Source of the DNA: Microcoleus sp.
GTDB lineage: Bacteria > Cyanobacteriota > Cyanobacteriia > Cyanobacteriales > Microcoleaceae
DNA: 64,000 nucleotides
NCBI GenBank assembly: GCA_052279835.1
Contig: CP181291.1
Location: forward strand, 5,120,001 to 5,184,000
Direction of reading: 5' to 3'
A program made the translations under genes and the position numbers. Below are positions 42,067 to 54,099 of the stretch, piece by piece. The notes under the pieces were generated by a model, which made no database searches, was not told the DNA's origin, and saw only the letters and a program-made list of their open reading frames with translations. Numbering within the stretch: position 1 is the stretch's first letter; every line of letters begins with the position of its first letter.

Positions 42067-42699
42067 ATGGTTAACTGTGTAGTGCGAAATTGGCAAGGCG
42101 AAGAAGTTGGAGAAACAACTCTCGAATTGCGCGTAGCCAAACAAGAAAATGCCTCTCACATCGTTCACAGAGCATTGACGCGGCAACTGAATAACGCCCG
42201 TCAAGGAAATGCTTGCACCAAAACTCGATCGGAAGTCAGAGGCGGTGGCCGCAAACCCTGGCGGCAAAAAGGAACAGGCAGAGCCAGAGCAGGTTCTATC
42301 CGTTCTCCCCTGTGGCGTGGTGGCGGTGTCATCTTCGGACCAAAACCCAGAGACTTTGAAGTCAAAATGAACAAAAGAGAACGCCGTCTCGCTTTGCGGA
42401 CAGCATTCTACAGCCGTACAGAAGACTTGATTGTGGTGGAAGAATTTGCAGAGCAATTTCCGAGACCAAAAACCAAAGAATTACTAAACGCGATCGCCCG
42501 GTGGGGCATCGAAGCCGATACAAAAGTTCTGTTAGTATTGCCAGAACCGCAACTCAACGTCTACTTGTCGGGACGCAACGTCGAATTGATGAACGTCATC
42601 CTGGCAACTTCCCTGAATGTATATGACGTTCTGGCCGCTGACAAAATTATCGTCACATCCACAGCCCTAGCAAAAATTCAGGAGATTTACGGTGAGTAA
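42067..42699 (+). CDS. rplD: 50S ribosomal protein L4
   Basis: [21 protein letters not shown]. Confidence 0.97.
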   Translation: MVNCVVRNWQGEEVGETTLELRVAKQENASHIVHRALTRQLNNARQGNACTKTRSEVRGGGRKPWRQKGTGRARAGSIRSPLWRGGGVIFGPKPRDFEVKMNKRERRLALRTAFYSRTEDLIVVEEFAEQFPRPKTKELLNAIARWGIEADTKVLLVLPEPQLNVYLSGRNVELMNVILATSLNVYDVLAADKIIVTSTALAKIQEIYGE

Positions 42700-43000
42700 A
42701 ATCGACCCCCGCGACTACGCAGATTTGATCCAGCGTCCTATTCTCACTGAGAAAGCTACCCGAATGATGGAATTAAATCAATTCACCTTCGACGTAGCCC
42801 CCAAAGCGACCAAGCCTCAAATCAAAGCAGCGATCGAAGAACTATTTAAGGTTAAAGTCACCGGCGTCAATACCCAAAACCCACCACGCAAAAAGCGTCG
42901 AGTTGGCAAATTCGTCGGTTTCAAACCTTGTTACAAGCGGGCCACCGTCACTCTCAGCGACGGAGATTCACTCCGCAAACTCTTATTCCCAGAAGTTTAA
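42692..43000 (+). CDS. rplW: 50S ribosomal protein L23
   Basis: [18 protein letters not shown]. Confidence 0.95.
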   Translation: MSKIDPRDYADLIQRPILTEKATRMMELNQFTFDVAPKATKPQIKAAIEELFKVKVTGVNTQNPPRKKRRVGKFVGFKPCYKRATVTLSDGDSLRKLLFPEV

Positions 43001-43005
43001 AATTT

Positions 43006-43157
43006 AGTAATAGGTAATCGGTAATGGGTACTCAGTAATAGGTAATCGGTAATTGAAAAGTATGAAAGATGAATTCGGACTTCACAATTACTAATTACCA
43101 ATTATCAATTACCGATTACCAATTACCAATTACCAATTACCAACTACCGATTACCAA
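43006..43157. repeat. Inverted heptamer arrays (GGTAATN)n ... (NATTACC)n
   Basis: Directly visible in the rplW-rplB spacer; explains the spurious ITNYQLP ORF extension. Confidence 0.9.
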
Positions 43158-43161
43158 CATT

Positions 43162-44025
43162 ATGGGCATTCGTTCTTACCGACCTTATACCTCCAGTACC
43201 AGGGCACACACCGTTTCCGACTTCGCTGAAATTACTAAATCAGAACCAGAAAAGTCTTTAACGAGTAATAAGCACACCAAACAAGGCCGCAACAACCGAG
43301 GCGTCATCACCTGTCGCCACCGGGGAGGCGGTCACAAGCGCCTTTATAGAGACATCGACTTCCGTCGCGACAAACACGGCATTCCCGGTACCGTCAAGGA
43401 AATCGAGTATGACCCCAACCGGAACGCCCGTATCGCCCTCGTGTTCTACAAAGACGGCGAAAAACGGTACATCCTTCATCCACTGAACTTAACCGTTGGT
43501 ACAGTCATTCTCTCAGGCCCCGACGCACCAATCGAAATCGGCAACGCCCTACCCCTGAGCAACATCCCTCTCGGTACAAGCATCCATAACGTTGAGCTAG
43601 TACCAGGCAAAGGCGGACAAATCGTCCGTTCAGCAGGCGCCAGCGCTCAGCTAATGGCAAAAGAAGGCAGCTACGTTACCCTCAAACTACCATCCGGCGA
43701 ACAGCGCAAAGTCCGCGCCAACTGCTACGCCACCATCGGTCAAGTCGGCAACACAGATGCTAGAAACATCAGCCTCGGCAAAGCCGGCCGCACCCGCTGG
43801 AAAGGTCGCAGACCAACAGTTCGTGGTTCCGTCATGAACCCAGTAGACCACCCGCACGGTGGTGGTGAAGGCAGAGCTCCCATCGGGCGTTCAGGACCTG
43901 TCACACCTTGGGGTAAACCAGCATTGGGTGCCAAAACCCGACGCAAAAACAAGCGCAGCGATGCTTTAATTGTCCGCCGTCGTCGCAAGTCTTCCAAGCG
44001 CGGCAAGGGTGGCAGACAAAGTTAA
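43162..44025 (+). CDS. rplB: 50S ribosomal protein L2
   Basis: [10 protein letters not shown] start; [19 protein letters not shown]. Confidence 0.97.
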   Translation: MGIRSYRPYTSSTRAHTVSDFAEITKSEPEKSLTSNKHTKQGRNNRGVITCRHRGGGHKRLYRDIDFRRDKHGIPGTVKEIEYDPNRNARIALVFYKDGEKRYILHPLNLTVGTVILSGPDAPIEIGNALPLSNIPLGTSIHNVELVPGKGGQIVRSAGASAQLMAKEGSYVTLKLPSGEQRKVRANCYATIGQVGNTDARNISLGKAGRTRWKGRRPTVRGSVMNPVDHPHGGGEGRAPIGRSGPVTPWGKPALGAKTRRKNKRSDALIVRRRRKSSKRGKGGRQS

Positions 44026-44027
44026 TG

Positions 44028-44200
44028 TTAATAGGTAATGGGTAATAGGTAATGGGTAATGGGTAATAGGTAATAGGTAATAGGTAATAGGTAATGAGTT
44101 ATTGCAATTAACAAATGCCCAATGCCCAATGCTATAAGGCCCAATGCCCAATACCCAATGGCCAATGCCCACTGCCCAATCCCCAATTACTAATTACCAA
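44028..44200. repeat. Heptamer arrays (GGTAATR, AATGCCC, ATTACCA)
   Basis: Directly visible in the rplB-rpsS spacer. Confidence 0.9.
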
Positions 44201-44204
44201 AATC

Positions 44205-44486
44205 ATGTCTCGTTCATTAAAAAAAGGCCCGTTTGTCGCAGATCATCTGATGACAAAAATCGAGAAACTCAACGCCGCCGGCCAAAAACAGTTAATTAAA
44301 ACTTGGTCGCGAGCCTCCACAATCCTGCCCCAAATGGTAGGCCACACCATCGCAGTTCATAACGGCAGACAACACGTTCCTGTCTACGTCACAGACCAAA
44401 TGGTGGGTCACAAATTAGGAGAGTTTTCTCCTACTCGCACCTTTAGAAGTCACGCTAAAAGTGGTGACAAAAAGGCAAAGAGATAG
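44205..44486 (+). CDS. rpsS: 30S ribosomal protein S19
   Basis: [20 protein letters not shown]. Confidence 0.97.
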   Translation: MSRSLKKGPFVADHLMTKIEKLNAAGQKQLIKTWSRASTILPQMVGHTIAVHNGRQHVPVYVTDQMVGHKLGEFSPTRTFRSHAKSGDKKAKR

Positions 44487-44578
44487 CCTAATTAGGTGAC
44501 AGGTAAGAGGTAATCGGCAAACAATTACCAATTACCAATTACCTTCCAATTACCTTATTCCCAATTACAAAAATCGCA

Positions 44579-44938
44579 ATGGCTATAGATACCACATCCG
44601 AAATAAAGGCGATCGCCCGCTATATTAGAAGCTCGCCCTTCAAAGTGCGCCGAGTTCTAGATCAAATTCGAGGCAAAAGCTATCAAGAAGCGCTGATTCT
44701 ACTAGAATTCATGCCCTACCGAGCTTGCGAACCAATTGTCAAAGTTTTGCGCTCCGCAGTAGCCAACGCCGAACACAACGCCGGATTGGATAAAGCCAAG
44801 CTAGTAGTTTCTCAAGCCTACGCAGACCAAGGTCCAGTCCTCAAGCGCTTTAGACCCCGCGCTCAAGGCCGTGCCTACCAAATTCGCAAGCCAACCTGTC
44901 ACATCACTGTGGTAGTAGCTCCGCTCCTAGAACAATAA
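44579..44938 (+). CDS. rplV: 50S ribosomal protein L22
   Basis: [23 protein letters not shown]. Confidence 0.97.
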   Translation: MAIDTTSEIKAIARYIRSSPFKVRRVLDQIRGKSYQEALILLEFMPYRACEPIVKVLRSAVANAEHNAGLDKAKLVVSQAYADQGPVLKRFRPRAQGRAYQIRKPTCHITVVVAPLLEQ

Positions 44939-45044
44939 ACAAGAGCACAGGTAATAGGTAAAAAACTGCTAAAAGTTGCAAACATCGGTAAACCCAATTA
45001 CCAATTACCAATTACCAACTACCAATTACCAAATATCAACTTTT

Positions 45045-45773
45045 ATGGGACAAAAAATACATCCAATTGGTTTCCGCCTCGGCATAACCCAAGAGCACCG
45101 CTCCCGCTGGTTTGCAGATGCCCGAAACTATCCCGAACTCTTGCAAGAAGACTACAAAATTCGCCAGTACGTTCAAAAAAACCTCAGTAACGCTGGGATC
45201 TCCTCCGTCAGAATTGAGCGCAAAGCCGATCAAATCGACCTAGAAGTGTTCACCGCTAGACCAGGTGTGGTAGTAGGCCGTGGTGGAGCAGGGATCGAAA
45301 CCTTGCGAGTCGGTTTGCAGCAGCAACTCGGCAACAACCGCCAAATCCGCATCAACGTTGTCGAAGTCCAACGGGTAGATGCTGATGCCACTCTGATCGC
45401 AGAATACATCGCTCAGCAGCTAGAACGGCGCGTATCTTTCCGCCGAGTAGTCCGTCAAGCAATTACTCGCGCTCAAAAAGTCGGCATCGAAGGCATCAAA
45501 ATTCAAGTCAGCGGACGACTCAACGGTGCAGAAATTGCCCGTACCGAGTGGACGCGGGAAGGAAGAGTCCCATTGCACACCTTGCGTGCCGATATTGACT
45601 ACTCTTACTGCACCGCTCAAACCATCTACGGTATCCTCGGCATTAAAGTTTGGGTTTTCAAAGGCGAAATTATTCCTGGACAGGAACAAATAGCAGCCCC
45701 GAACAATGATGCCCCTCGGACCAAGAACAAGCGCCGTCGCCAGCAATTTGAAGATCGATCCAACGAAGGCTAG
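45045..45773 (+). CDS. rpsC: 30S ribosomal protein S3
   Basis: [33 protein letters not shown]. Confidence 0.97.
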   Translation: MGQKIHPIGFRLGITQEHRSRWFADARNYPELLQEDYKIRQYVQKNLSNAGISSVRIERKADQIDLEVFTARPGVVVGRGGAGIETLRVGLQQQLGNNRQIRINVVEVQRVDADATLIAEYIAQQLERRVSFRRVVRQAITRAQKVGIEGIKIQVSGRLNGAEIARTEWTREGRVPLHTLRADIDYSYCTAQTIYGILGIKVWVFKGEIIPGQEQIAAPNNDAPRTKNKRRRQQFEDRSNEG

Positions 45774-45882
45774 TGGTTAACTGTTAATTGTCAGTTGTTA
45801 ATTGTCAGTGGTTCACAACCAATTACCAATTACCAACAACCAATTACTAATTACCAATTTCCAATTACTAAATCCCCCAGCC

Positions 45883-46302
45883 ATGTTAAGCCCTAAAAGA
45901 ACCAAATTCCGCAAACAACAGCGCGGGCGAATGTGCGGTGTTGCCACCCGCGGCAATACAGTTAGCTTTGGTGACTTCGCGCTCCAAGCTGTTGAACCCG
46001 CCTGGATCACTTCTCGCCAAATAGAAGCCGGACGGCGTGCCATGACCCGCTACATCCGCCGGGGTGGCAAAATCTGGATTCGCATTTTTCCTGACAAACC
46101 AGTTACCCAACGGGCAGCAGAAACCCGGATGGGTTCCGGTAAAGGTTCACCTGAGTTTTGGGTTGCCGTTGTTAAACCGGGTCGGGTAATGTTTGAAATT
46201 GGCGGTGTCGCTGAAGAAATTGCCCGTGAAGCAATGCGTTTGGCAGCCTTTAAGTTGCCAATCAAAACCAAGTTCATCACCCGCGAAGATGAGCAGTCAT
46301 AG
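45883..46302 (+). CDS. rplP: 50S ribosomal protein L16
   Basis: [18 protein letters not shown]. Confidence 0.97.
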   Translation: MLSPKRTKFRKQQRGRMCGVATRGNTVSFGDFALQAVEPAWITSRQIEAGRRAMTRYIRRGGKIWIRIFPDKPVTQRAAETRMGSGKGSPEFWVAVVKPGRVMFEIGGVAEEIAREAMRLAAFKLPIKTKFITREDEQS

Positions 46303-46429
46303 CGATTTTGGACTTTAATTTCCTCCTCAGATTCTGGGAAATAACTTAAGCAGATTTAGGATGATTTTTCAACCTCAAATCTCTCACCTAAAATCCATTG
46401 ACCGATCGCTAACGATCCACGACAAAATT

Positions 46430-46699
46430 ATGTCTTTATCCAAGATTAAAGAAGCTAGAGATTTAAGCGATGCCGAAGTGGCAGAGCAAATTTTAGCCGT
46501 TAAGCGCCAACTAATGGAACTGCGGTTATTCCAAGCTACTGGCCGTGTAGACAAGCCCCATCTATTTAAGCACGCCAAACACAGACTGGCTCAACTGATG
46601 ACTGTTGAACGCGAACGGCAAATCGCGGCTGAAGCTGCTGCAAAATCAGCTTCGTCTACAACTGCCGAATCAACTGCTTCAACCGCAGCAGTCAGCTAA
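46430..46699 (+). CDS. rpmC: 50S ribosomal protein L29
   Basis: LMELRLFQATG..KPHLF..LAQLMT; Ala/Ser/Thr tail. Confidence 0.93.
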   Translation: MSLSKIKEARDLSDAEVAEQILAVKRQLMELRLFQATGRVDKPHLFKHAKHRLAQLMTVERERQIAAEAAAKSASSTTAESTASTAAVS

Positions 46700-46771
46700 A
46701 AGACAAAAGTAGCCCAGCCGAATCGTACAGCAGTTACACAAAACTCAATTGCACAACAAAAATAGGTAGGT

Positions 46772-47020
46772 ATGGCAGTTAAAGAACGAGTTGGCGTAGT
46801 AGTCAGCGACAAAATGGACAAAACTGTGGTAGTGGCAATCGAAAACCGCTCCTCCCACACCAAATACGGCAAAATCGTAGTCCGCACCAAACGTTACAAA
46901 GCTCACGACGAAGAAAATAAGTGCAAACCGGGCGATCGTGTCCGCATCACTGAAACCCGCCCTTTGAGTAAAACCAAACGCTGGACAGTTGCTGAAATTT
47001 TCGGTACAAAAAACGGCTAA
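46772..47020 (+). CDS. rpsQ: 30S ribosomal protein S17
   Basis: [22 protein letters not shown]. Confidence 0.97.
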   Translation: MAVKERVGVVVSDKMDKTVVVAIENRSSHTKYGKIVVRTKRYKAHDEENKCKPGDRVRITETRPLSKTKRWTVAEIFGTKNG

Positions 47021-47096
47021 CAGTTAATTGCATTCTGGCGATCGCCCGATCCCAGATTCACAATCAACACTCAACAGTTAACAGTCACCAATCACC

Positions 47097-47465
47097 ATGA
47101 TTCAACCCCAGACATACCTAAATGTCGCCGACAATAGCGGAGCACGTAAACTGATGTGCATCCGCGTATTGGGAGGCGGCAACCGTCGCTACGGCGGAGT
47201 CGGCGATGTCATTATTGCCGTCGTCAAAGACGCCATACCCAATATGGCAGTCAAAAAATCCGATGTCGTCCGGGCCGTCATTGTCAGAACCCGCAAAGCT
47301 TTGCGTCGCGACAGTGGCATGAGTATTCGTTTTGACGATAACGCCGCCGTTATTATCAATCCAGAAGGCAATCCTAAAGGCACTCGCGTTTTTGGACCTG
47401 TCGCCCGCGAACTGCGCGACAAAAACTTCACTAAAATTGTTTCCTTAGCCCCAGAGGTACTTTAA
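47097..47465 (+). CDS. rplN: 50S ribosomal protein L14
   Basis: [21 protein letters not shown]. Confidence 0.97.
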   Translation: MIQPQTYLNVADNSGARKLMCIRVLGGGNRRYGGVGDVIIAVVKDAIPNMAVKKSDVVRAVIVRTRKALRRDSGMSIRFDDNAAVIINPEGNPKGTRVFGPVARELRDKNFTKIVSLAPEVL

Positions 47466-47466
47466 A

Positions 47467-47829
47467 ATGTACGGAAAAAAGGGTAAAGCAACTAGCGAAC
47501 CGCAACGCCATAGAATGCACGTCAAAGCAGGCGACACCGTTCAAATAATTACTGGCAAAGAAAAAGGTAAAGTCGGAGAAATCTTAAAGACCTATCCTAA
47601 AGTCAGCAAAGTAATTGTTAAAGGTGTAAATATCAGAACCAAACACGTAAAGCCCCAGCAAGAGGGAGAATCGGGTAAAGTAGTTACATTTGAAGCTCCT
47701 ATTCATAGCTCCAATGTCATGCACTACTCCGAAAAAGAAAAAGTAGCTAGTCGTGTTTGCTACACCTTTAGCGAAGATGGCCGCAAACTCCGACAACTCA
47801 AAAAAACCGGAGAAATCCTCGATAATTAG
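47467..47829 (+). CDS. rplX: 50S ribosomal protein L24
   Basis: [23 protein letters not shown]. Confidence 0.96.
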   Translation: MYGKKGKATSEPQRHRMHVKAGDTVQIITGKEKGKVGEILKTYPKVSKVIVKGVNIRTKHVKPQQEGESGKVVTFEAPIHSSNVMHYSEKEKVASRVCYTFSEDGRKLRQLKKTGEILDN

Positions 47830-47837
47830 TCAGGAGT

Positions 47838-47965
47838 CATTAGTCATTAGTCAGTAGTCAGTAGTCAGTAGTCAGTAGTCATTAGTCATTAGCTGACAAC
47901 AGTCAACCGTCAACAGACAACAGACAACCGTCAACCGTCAACCGTCAACAGACAACTGACAACTA
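47838..47965. repeat. Inverted heptamer arrays (TAGTCAK)n ... (CAACMGW/ACTGACA)n
   Basis: Directly visible in the rplX-rplE spacer. Confidence 0.88.
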
Positions 47966-48012
47966 AAAATTCCCTGACCAAGCCCAGGGACAGTTAAACA
48001 AAACCAAAAACA

Positions 48013-48558
48013 ATGCCAGACAAACTCAAAGTTGTTTACCAAGAAAAGATAGTACCGAAACTGATGGATCAGTTTAAATATACTAATATCCATCAGGTAC
48101 CCAAACTCGTCAAAGTCACAGTGAACCGTGGCTTGGGAGAAGCATCTCAAAATGCTAAGGCGCTAGATTCATCCATCAACGAAATTGGCATCATCACAGG
48201 TCAAAAACCAGTGGTGACGCGGGCGAAAAAGGCGATCGCAGGCTTCAAAATCCGCAAAGGAGTACCCGTTGGTGTCATGGTGACGCTACGGTCAGAGCGG
48301 ATGTACGATTTTCTTGATCGACTAATTAACCTCGCACTTCCCCGAATCAGAGACTTTCGCGGCATCAGTCCCAAAAGCTTCGACGGACGTGGCAACTACA
48401 GCTTGGGTCTGAGAGAACAACTAATCTTTCCCGAAATAGAATATGACAGCATCGATCAAATTCGAGGCATGGACATTTCAATTATCACCACAGCAAACAC
48501 CGACGAAGAAGGACGCGCCTTGCTCAAAGAAATGGGAATGCCCTTCCGGGACAACTAA
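48013..48558 (+). CDS. rplE: 50S ribosomal protein L5
   Basis: [22 protein letters not shown]. Confidence 0.97.
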   Translation: MPDKLKVVYQEKIVPKLMDQFKYTNIHQVPKLVKVTVNRGLGEASQNAKALDSSINEIGIITGQKPVVTRAKKAIAGFKIRKGVPVGVMVTLRSERMYDFLDRLINLALPRIRDFRGISPKSFDGRGNYSLGLREQLIFPEIEYDSIDQIRGMDISIITTANTDEEGRALLKEMGMPFRDN

Positions 48559-48580
48559 GCAGTAGAGTAAGGAGCAAAAC

Positions 48581-48985
48581 ATGGCAGCTAACGATACCAT
48601 AGCAGATATGTTGACGCGCATTCGCAATTCGTGCATGGCGCGCCACCAAACAACACAAATTCCAGCTACAAAAATGACCCGTAGCATCGCCGAAGTCCTC
48701 AAAAGTGAAGGCTTTATCAGCGAATTTGAAGAAGCAGAACCAGAAGGGATTAAGCGACATTTAGTGCTTTCTCTCAAGTACAAAGGCAAAACTCGCAAGC
48801 CCATCATTACGGCACTTAAGCGAGTCAGCAAACCAGGACTGCGCGTTTACTCGAACCGCAAAGAATTGCCCAGAGTTTTAGGCGGAATTGGCATAGCCAT
48901 TATCTCCACAGACCGTGGCATTATGACCGATAGAGAAGCCCGCCGCCAAGGTTTAGGCGGAGAAGTGCTTTGTTATGTTTGGTAG
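48581..48985 (+). CDS. rpsH: 30S ribosomal protein S8
   Basis: [29 protein letters not shown]. Confidence 0.97.
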   Translation: MAANDTIADMLTRIRNSCMARHQTTQIPATKMTRSIAEVLKSEGFISEFEEAEPEGIKRHLVLSLKYKGKTRKPIITALKRVSKPGLRVYSNRKELPRVLGGIGIAIISTDRGIMTDREARRQGLGGEVLCYVW

Positions 48986-49107
48986 TCATTAGTCATTAGT
49001 CATTAGTCAATGGTCATTGGCAACAGACTCAAAAATCAATAACTAAGGACTAATCACTAAAGACTAATCATCCAGGACTAATAACTAAAAACAAAGGACC
49101 AAAAACT

Positions 49108-49656
49108 ATGTCGCGAATTGGCAAGCGTCCGATTAGCATTCCCACGAAAGTCACCATCACCCTAGACGGTCAAAAAGTAGCCGTCAAAGGTCCTAAAGGT
49201 GAACTTTCACGAGTCATACCAGCAGAAATCACGATGGGACTCGAAGGCGAGACTTTACTCGTCACACGCAGAGACGAATCTCGCGTCGCCCGCCAACTAC
49301 ATGGCCTGTGTCGCACCCTAGTCGCCAACATGGTCGAAGGTGTATCCCAAGGTTTTGTGCGCCGCCTGGAAATTATCGGTACAGGTTATCGGGCCCAGGT
49401 TCAAGGACGGAACCTGATTTTAAACGTCGGTTACAGCAAGCCCGTTGAAATGCTCCCTCCAGAAGGGATCACCATGGCAGTAGAAGGCAACACCAACGTC
49501 ATTGTCTCTGGCATTGACAAAGAACTCGTAGGCAATACAGCAGCCCGCATCCGCGCAGTGCGTCCGCCTGAAGTCTACAAGGGCAAAGGCATTCGCTACA
49601 GTGGCGAAGTCGTCCGCCGCAAAGCTGGTAAAACAGGCAAAACAGGTAAGAAGTAG
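49108..49656 (+). CDS. rplF: 50S ribosomal protein L6
   Basis: [20 protein letters not shown]. Confidence 0.97.
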   Translation: MSRIGKRPISIPTKVTITLDGQKVAVKGPKGELSRVIPAEITMGLEGETLLVTRRDESRVARQLHGLCRTLVANMVEGVSQGFVRRLEIIGTGYRAQVQGRNLILNVGYSKPVEMLPPEGITMAVEGNTNVIVSGIDKELVGNTAARIRAVRPPEVYKGKGIRYSGEVVRRKAGKTGKTGKK

Positions 49657-49658
49657 AC

Positions 49659-50021
49659 ATGAAGCTTACTCGCAAAGAATCAGTCCACCGCAGACACCGC
49701 CGCGTGCGGCGCAAGGTGTTCGGGACCTCCGAACGCCCCAGATTAGCGGTATTTCGATCGCAACAGCACATTTACGCCCAAGTCATCGACGACAGCACCC
49801 AGCACACTTTAGCCGCCGCGTCAACCCTAGACCCGGAATTAAAGTCAGCTCTCAGTTCGGGAGCCAACTGCGAAGCCAGCGTGCAAGTAGGTCAGTTGAT
49901 AGCCAAACGCTGTTCCAGCGTCGGCATAGCGAAAGTCGTCTTCGATCGCGGAGGCAACCTCTACCACGGTAGAGTCAAAGCCCTCGCCGACGCAGCTCGC
50001 GAAGCCGGGTTAGACTTTTAG
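49659..50021 (+). CDS. rplR: 50S ribosomal protein L18
   Basis: [25 protein letters not shown]. Confidence 0.97.
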   Translation: MKLTRKESVHRRHRRVRRKVFGTSERPRLAVFRSQQHIYAQVIDDSTQHTLAAASTLDPELKSALSSGANCEASVQVGQLIAKRCSSVGIAKVVFDRGGNLYHGRVKALADAAREAGLDF

Positions 50022-50165
50022 GAAGAAACAAAAAGGAAGAAGGAATAAGGAAGAAGGAATAAGGAAGAAGGAAAAAAGAATCTACAATAAAATTCTTAAT
50101 TCCTAATTGTTAATTTCTATTTTCCAACTACCAATTACTAATCCTCAATTCCCCAAGCACAAAAC

Positions 50166-50708
50166 ATGGCAGAACAAAAAGAACAGCGCAACAAGAAAAA
50201 AAGCAACAACAAAACGCGCGAAAAAGAATCCGAATGGCAAGAACGGGTAGTTCAGATTCGCCGCGTTACCAAAGTAGTCAAAGGCGGTAAAAAACTCAGC
50301 TTCCGCGCCATAGTCATTATCGGTAACGAACGCGGTCAAGTTGGGGTTGGAGTAGGCAAAGCTAGCGACGTCATCGGTGCCGTTAAAAAAGGCGTCGCTG
50401 ACGGCAAAAAGCACCTGATTGAAGTGCCTCTGACCAAAGCTAACTCAATTCCTCACCCCATCAACGGTGCTGGCGGCGGAGCCAAAGTCATGATGCGACC
50501 AGCATCTCCTGGAACAGGGGTAATTGCAGGGGGAGCAGTGAGAACTGTTCTCGAACTAGCAGGAGTCCGCAACATCCTAGCCAAACAGCTAGGTTCGGGA
50601 AATCCATTAAACAATGCTAGAGCAGCCGTCAATGCCCTATCCACACTTCGCACCCTATCCGAAGTAGCTCAAGAGCGCGGAATTCCAGTAGAAAACCTCT
50701 ACGGTTAG
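50166..50708 (+). CDS. rpsE: 30S ribosomal protein S5
   Basis: [21 protein letters not shown]. Confidence 0.97.
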   Translation: MAEQKEQRNKKKSNNKTREKESEWQERVVQIRRVTKVVKGGKKLSFRAIVIIGNERGQVGVGVGKASDVIGAVKKGVADGKKHLIEVPLTKANSIPHPINGAGGGAKVMMRPASPGTGVIAGGAVRTVLELAGVRNILAKQLGSGNPLNNARAAVNALSTLRTLSEVAQERGIPVENLYG

Positions 50709-50812
50709 ACAATGGAACACTGCAAGTTTTGAGTTGAGAATCAAAAAATTCAGAAACTCAAAACTAGCTCACTCAAAACTCACTTCCTACTGCAAACCCA
50801 ATTACCAAAACT

Positions 50813-51259
50813 ATGAGATTGCAAGACGCCCGACCAAAAGCGGGCTCCACAAAACGCCCCCGCCGCTTGGGTAGAGGTATTGCTGCCGGTCAAGGCGCGA
50901 GCTCTGGTAAAGGGATGCGCGGTCAAAAATCTAGAGCCGGTAGCGGCACTAGACCCGGTTTTGAAGGAGGTCAAAATCCTCTTTACCGCCGCCTCCCCAA
51001 ACTCAAAAGCTTCCCTTTGGTGAACCGTAAAGAGTACACTATCATCAATGTCAGTAAATTAGCATCGCTCCCAGCAAACACAGAAGTAACTCTCACCTCT
51101 TTGATTCAAGCAAAAATCGTCACTACTGACGACGGTCCGCTCAAAATCTTAGGAGATGGGGAATTAAATGTACCTCTGCAAGTCCGAGCCGCTGCTTTTA
51201 CCGCAGGTGCTAAGACAAAAATAGAAGCCGCTGGCGGCAGTTGTGAATTAGTTGCCTAA
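50813..51259 (+). CDS. rplO: 50S ribosomal protein L15
   Basis: [20 protein letters not shown]. Confidence 0.97.
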   Translation: MRLQDARPKAGSTKRPRRLGRGIAAGQGASSGKGMRGQKSRAGSGTRPGFEGGQNPLYRRLPKLKSFPLVNRKEYTIINVSKLASLPANTEVTLTSLIQAKIVTTDDGPLKILGDGELNVPLQVRAAAFTAGAKTKIEAAGGSCELVA

Positions 51260-51361
51260 AGATTTGAGGTTTGAGAATGTGTCCAAATCTCAAATCCTCA
51301 ATGCTCCTATCAAAAAATGATTTAGCCTAAAATCCCAAATCTAAAATCCCAAATCGTAACT

Positions 51362-52666
51362 ATGGACGTTAGTAGAGAAAAAGCGCCAACTGCACAAGAA
51401 ACTTTCATGCAGATGGCCCAAGCTGCGGGTTTGCGGGGCCGCATCCTCGTTACCATCGGCTTATTGATTTTAGTGCGCTTGGGTGTCCACTTGCCAGTCC
51501 CCGGCATCGATCGCGTCGCCTTTTCCCAAAATGTTCAAAATAGCCCTTTGATTGGCTTTTTGGATCTATTTTCAGGGGGCGGGCTTTCCGCTTTGGGGAT
51601 TTTTGCTCTAGGGATTTTGCCCTACATCAATGCTTCAATTATTGTGCAGCTTCTAACGGCGGCTTTACCAACTTTAGAAGAGTTGCAGAAAAATGAAGGG
51701 GAAGCGGGGCGACGCAAGATTTCTCAAATTACTCGCTACGTTTCTTTGGGCTGGGCAATTCTGCAAAGCGTTGGCATAGCGATTTGGGTTAGCCCTTTTG
51801 CTCAAGTTCCAGGACCTTTATTCATCGCACAAACCGCTTTGGCTTTGACTGCTGGATCGATGTTTGTGATGTGGATATCGGAAGTGGTGACAGAACGAGG
51901 TATCGGTAATGGAGCGTCTTTGCTGATTTTTATCAACATTGTTTCAGTTTTGCCACGTTCTCTGGGACAAACTTTTGAATTGGCTCAAAGTGGAGACACG
52001 CAAGTTGTTGGTCGCGTAATTGTGCTGCTGCTGGTATTTTTGGTGACGATTGTAGGGATTGTTTTTGTTCAGGAAGGTATTCGCCGGATTCCGATTATTT
52101 CCGCCCGTCGCCAAGTCGGTCGCAAAGTTTATCGGGAGAGTCGCAGTTATCTACCCCTGCGCTTAAATCAAGGTGGCGTCATGCCGATTATTTTTGCATC
52201 TTCGGTATTGATTGTTCCCTCTTTCTTAGCTCAATCTCTCAATAACCCGTTTCTGGTTCAAGTGGCTAATGTTCTGAGTCCCAATGGACCTGCACCCTGG
52301 GCTTACGCACTATTTTATCTGACTTTGATTCTGTTCTTTAGCTATTTCTACGCTTCGTTGATTGTCAACCCCGTAGATATGTCTCAGAATTTGAAGAAAA
52401 TGGGTGCCAGTATTCCTGGGATTCGTCCTGGTCAGAAAACGAGCGATTATGTGGAGAAGGTTTTGAATCGTTTGACTTTCTTGGGAGCGATATTTCTCGG
52501 CCTGGTGGCAATTGTACCAACTGCTGTGGAAAGCGCGATCGGAGTGCAAACTTTTAGAGGCTTTGGCGCAACTTCCTTACTGATTCTAGTAGGTGTGGCG
52601 ATCGAAACTGCTAAGCAAATTCAAACTTACGTCATCTCCCAACGATATGAAGGAATGGTGAAGTAA
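51362..52666 (+). CDS. secY: Preprotein translocase SecY
   Basis: ALGILPYINASII, GIGNGASL, GVMPIIFA, IPGIRPG. Confidence 0.97.
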   Translation: MDVSREKAPTAQETFMQMAQAAGLRGRILVTIGLLILVRLGVHLPVPGIDRVAFSQNVQNSPLIGFLDLFSGGGLSALGIFALGILPYINASIIVQLLTAALPTLEELQKNEGEAGRRKISQITRYVSLGWAILQSVGIAIWVSPFAQVPGPLFIAQTALALTAGSMFVMWISEVVTERGIGNGASLLIFINIVSVLPRSLGQTFELAQSGDTQVVGRVIVLLLVFLVTIVGIVFVQEGIRRIPIISARRQVGRKVYRESRSYLPLRLNQGGVMPIIFASSVLIVPSFLAQSLNNPFLVQVANVLSPNGPAPWAYALFYLTLILFFSYFYASLIVNPVDMSQNLKKMGASIPGIRPGQKTSDYVEKVLNRLTFLGAIFLGLVAIVPTAVESAIGVQTFRGFGATSLLILVGVAIETAKQIQTYVISQRYEGMVK

Positions 52667-52671
52667 TCCCA

Positions 52672-53256
52672 ATGCAATTGATTTTTATGGGGCCTCCAGG
52701 GGCAGGAAAGGGAACTCAAGCTCAGCTTTTAGCAGCTCTCTGGAAAATACCCCACATTTCTACTGGTGATATCCTACGCGCCTGCGTAGTGGCGAAAACT
52801 CCCTTGGGTGAAAAAGCCAAAGCCTACATGGATGCTGGTGAGTTGGTTCCCGATGGGTTATTGATGGATATCGTACAAGAACGCATGAATCAACCAGATG
52901 CTAAGGCTGGTTGGATTCTAGACGGCTTTCCTCGCACCGTCCCACAAGCAGCGTTTTTTGACACACTACTGTGCGATGTTCCTGGTGGGGGGGGCGCAAA
53001 GTCTGGGAAGGACTGCGCTCTGAGGGCAGTGAATTTGGATGTTCCTGACAATATTTTGGTGACTCGGCTGCTGTCACGGGGCCGCCAAGATGACAATGAG
53101 CAAACCATTCGCCGTAGGTTGCAAGTTTATCGCGAGCAAACTGAACCTTTGATTGAGTTTTACAGAGACCGCGAACAATTGGTTGCAGTTGATGGGGATC
53201 GCTCCATGCAGGAAGTTACCGCTCAACTCCAACAAGTTCTTTCCGGAAACTCTTGA
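52672..53256 (+). CDS. adk: Adenylate kinase (short type)
   Basis: GPPGAGKGTQ, HISTGDILR, LDGFPRT. Confidence 0.96.
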   Translation: MQLIFMGPPGAGKGTQAQLLAALWKIPHISTGDILRACVVAKTPLGEKAKAYMDAGELVPDGLLMDIVQERMNQPDAKAGWILDGFPRTVPQAAFFDTLLCDVPGGGGAKSGKDCALRAVNLDVPDNILVTRLLSRGRQDDNEQTIRRRLQVYREQTEPLIEFYRDREQLVAVDGDRSMQEVTAQLQQVLSGNS

Positions 53257-53514
53257 ACCTTCTCACTCGAGCCTGTTACCCGCCAACAACTTTTGCTAAG
53301 ATGTGTTAACTAGGAGCTTTTTGTGCTCAAACGTCAATCTAATTGACACAACTTTAGGTTTATTCAATTAAGGATAAAGTTAGGGGTTGGTTGAGTCCTT
53401 AAGTCGATCGAGTGTCCCTTTCCTGTGCTAGTTTCACACTTACCAATAAATAAGTTTTTGTAGCAGCCGGGAAACTCCTAGTTAATCAAATGTAGAGTTG
53501 AGGTAAATACCAAA

Positions 53515-53739
53515 TTGTCTAAGCAAGATTTAATTGAAATGGAAGGGACAGTGACGGAATCCCTGCCCAATGCGATGTTTCGGGTTGACCTAGATAATGG
53601 GTTTAATGTCCTAGCTCACATTTCGGGCAAGATCCGTCGCAATTACATCAAAATTCTGCCGGGCGATCGCGTCAAAGTCGAATTAACCCCCTACGACTTA
53701 ACCAAGGGCCGGATCACTTATCGCCTTCGTAAAAAATAG
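53515..53739 (+). CDS. infA: Translation initiation factor IF-1
   Basis: [26 protein letters not shown] start. Confidence 0.97.
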
Positions 53740-53811
53740 GCTTAGATAAAACTTTCTAAAAACTAATTCTAAGTTTAATTAGAGAGAATTTGGTAAAACC
53801 CGTCAAATTTA

Positions 53812-53820
53812 TGCTATAAT
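53812..53820 (+). promoter_or_regulatory. Extended -10 promoter upstream of rpmJ-rpsM-rpsK-rpoA
   Basis: TGCTATAAT (TGn + TATAAT). Confidence 0.6.
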
Positions 53821-53836
53821 GCTACGTTTGTAGTGT

Positions 53837-54099
53837 TGCCGAGAAGGACGTCAACAACCCACCGGTGTACAGGGTTAAGTCATTGCTACACCGTCAAAGT
53901 ATCGATCGCTAACAGTCTGAAAGCAGGCGAACTTGACCCCAGTAGTGGGAGTGGGGACCAGCGGGTTCCTTCATCAAATAACCCCCGCTTCATAAAAATT
54001 AATCGAGGAGAGGCCTACACCTTGCCCTGCCTCTCCTCCCACCGCTATACAGGCAGTGCCCGCAGGCGTACTCTCCGGTATGGTGGCGTTCTCCAGGCA
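53837..54099 (+). ncRNA. Candidate structured leader RNA upstream of rpmJ (family unidentified)
   Basis: Multiple nested helices seen by eye (see finding); GC-richer than neighbouring spacers. Confidence 0.5.

Noticed and set aside
43069..46430. N-terminal extensions on rplB, rpsS, rpsC, rplP and rpmC (also rpoA 55235, rpmJ 53833, ndhN 39683) in the ORF track
   Set aside because: They are translations of heptamer arrays, leader RNA or IS end (e.g. ITNYQLP); conserved starts lie downstream.
53849..53945. GTCAACAACCC..TTGACC resembling the start of an IscB/HEARO omegaRNA
   Set aside because: Only a short motif matches; the IS-end hairpin and an iscB ORF are absent. Left to an Rfam search.
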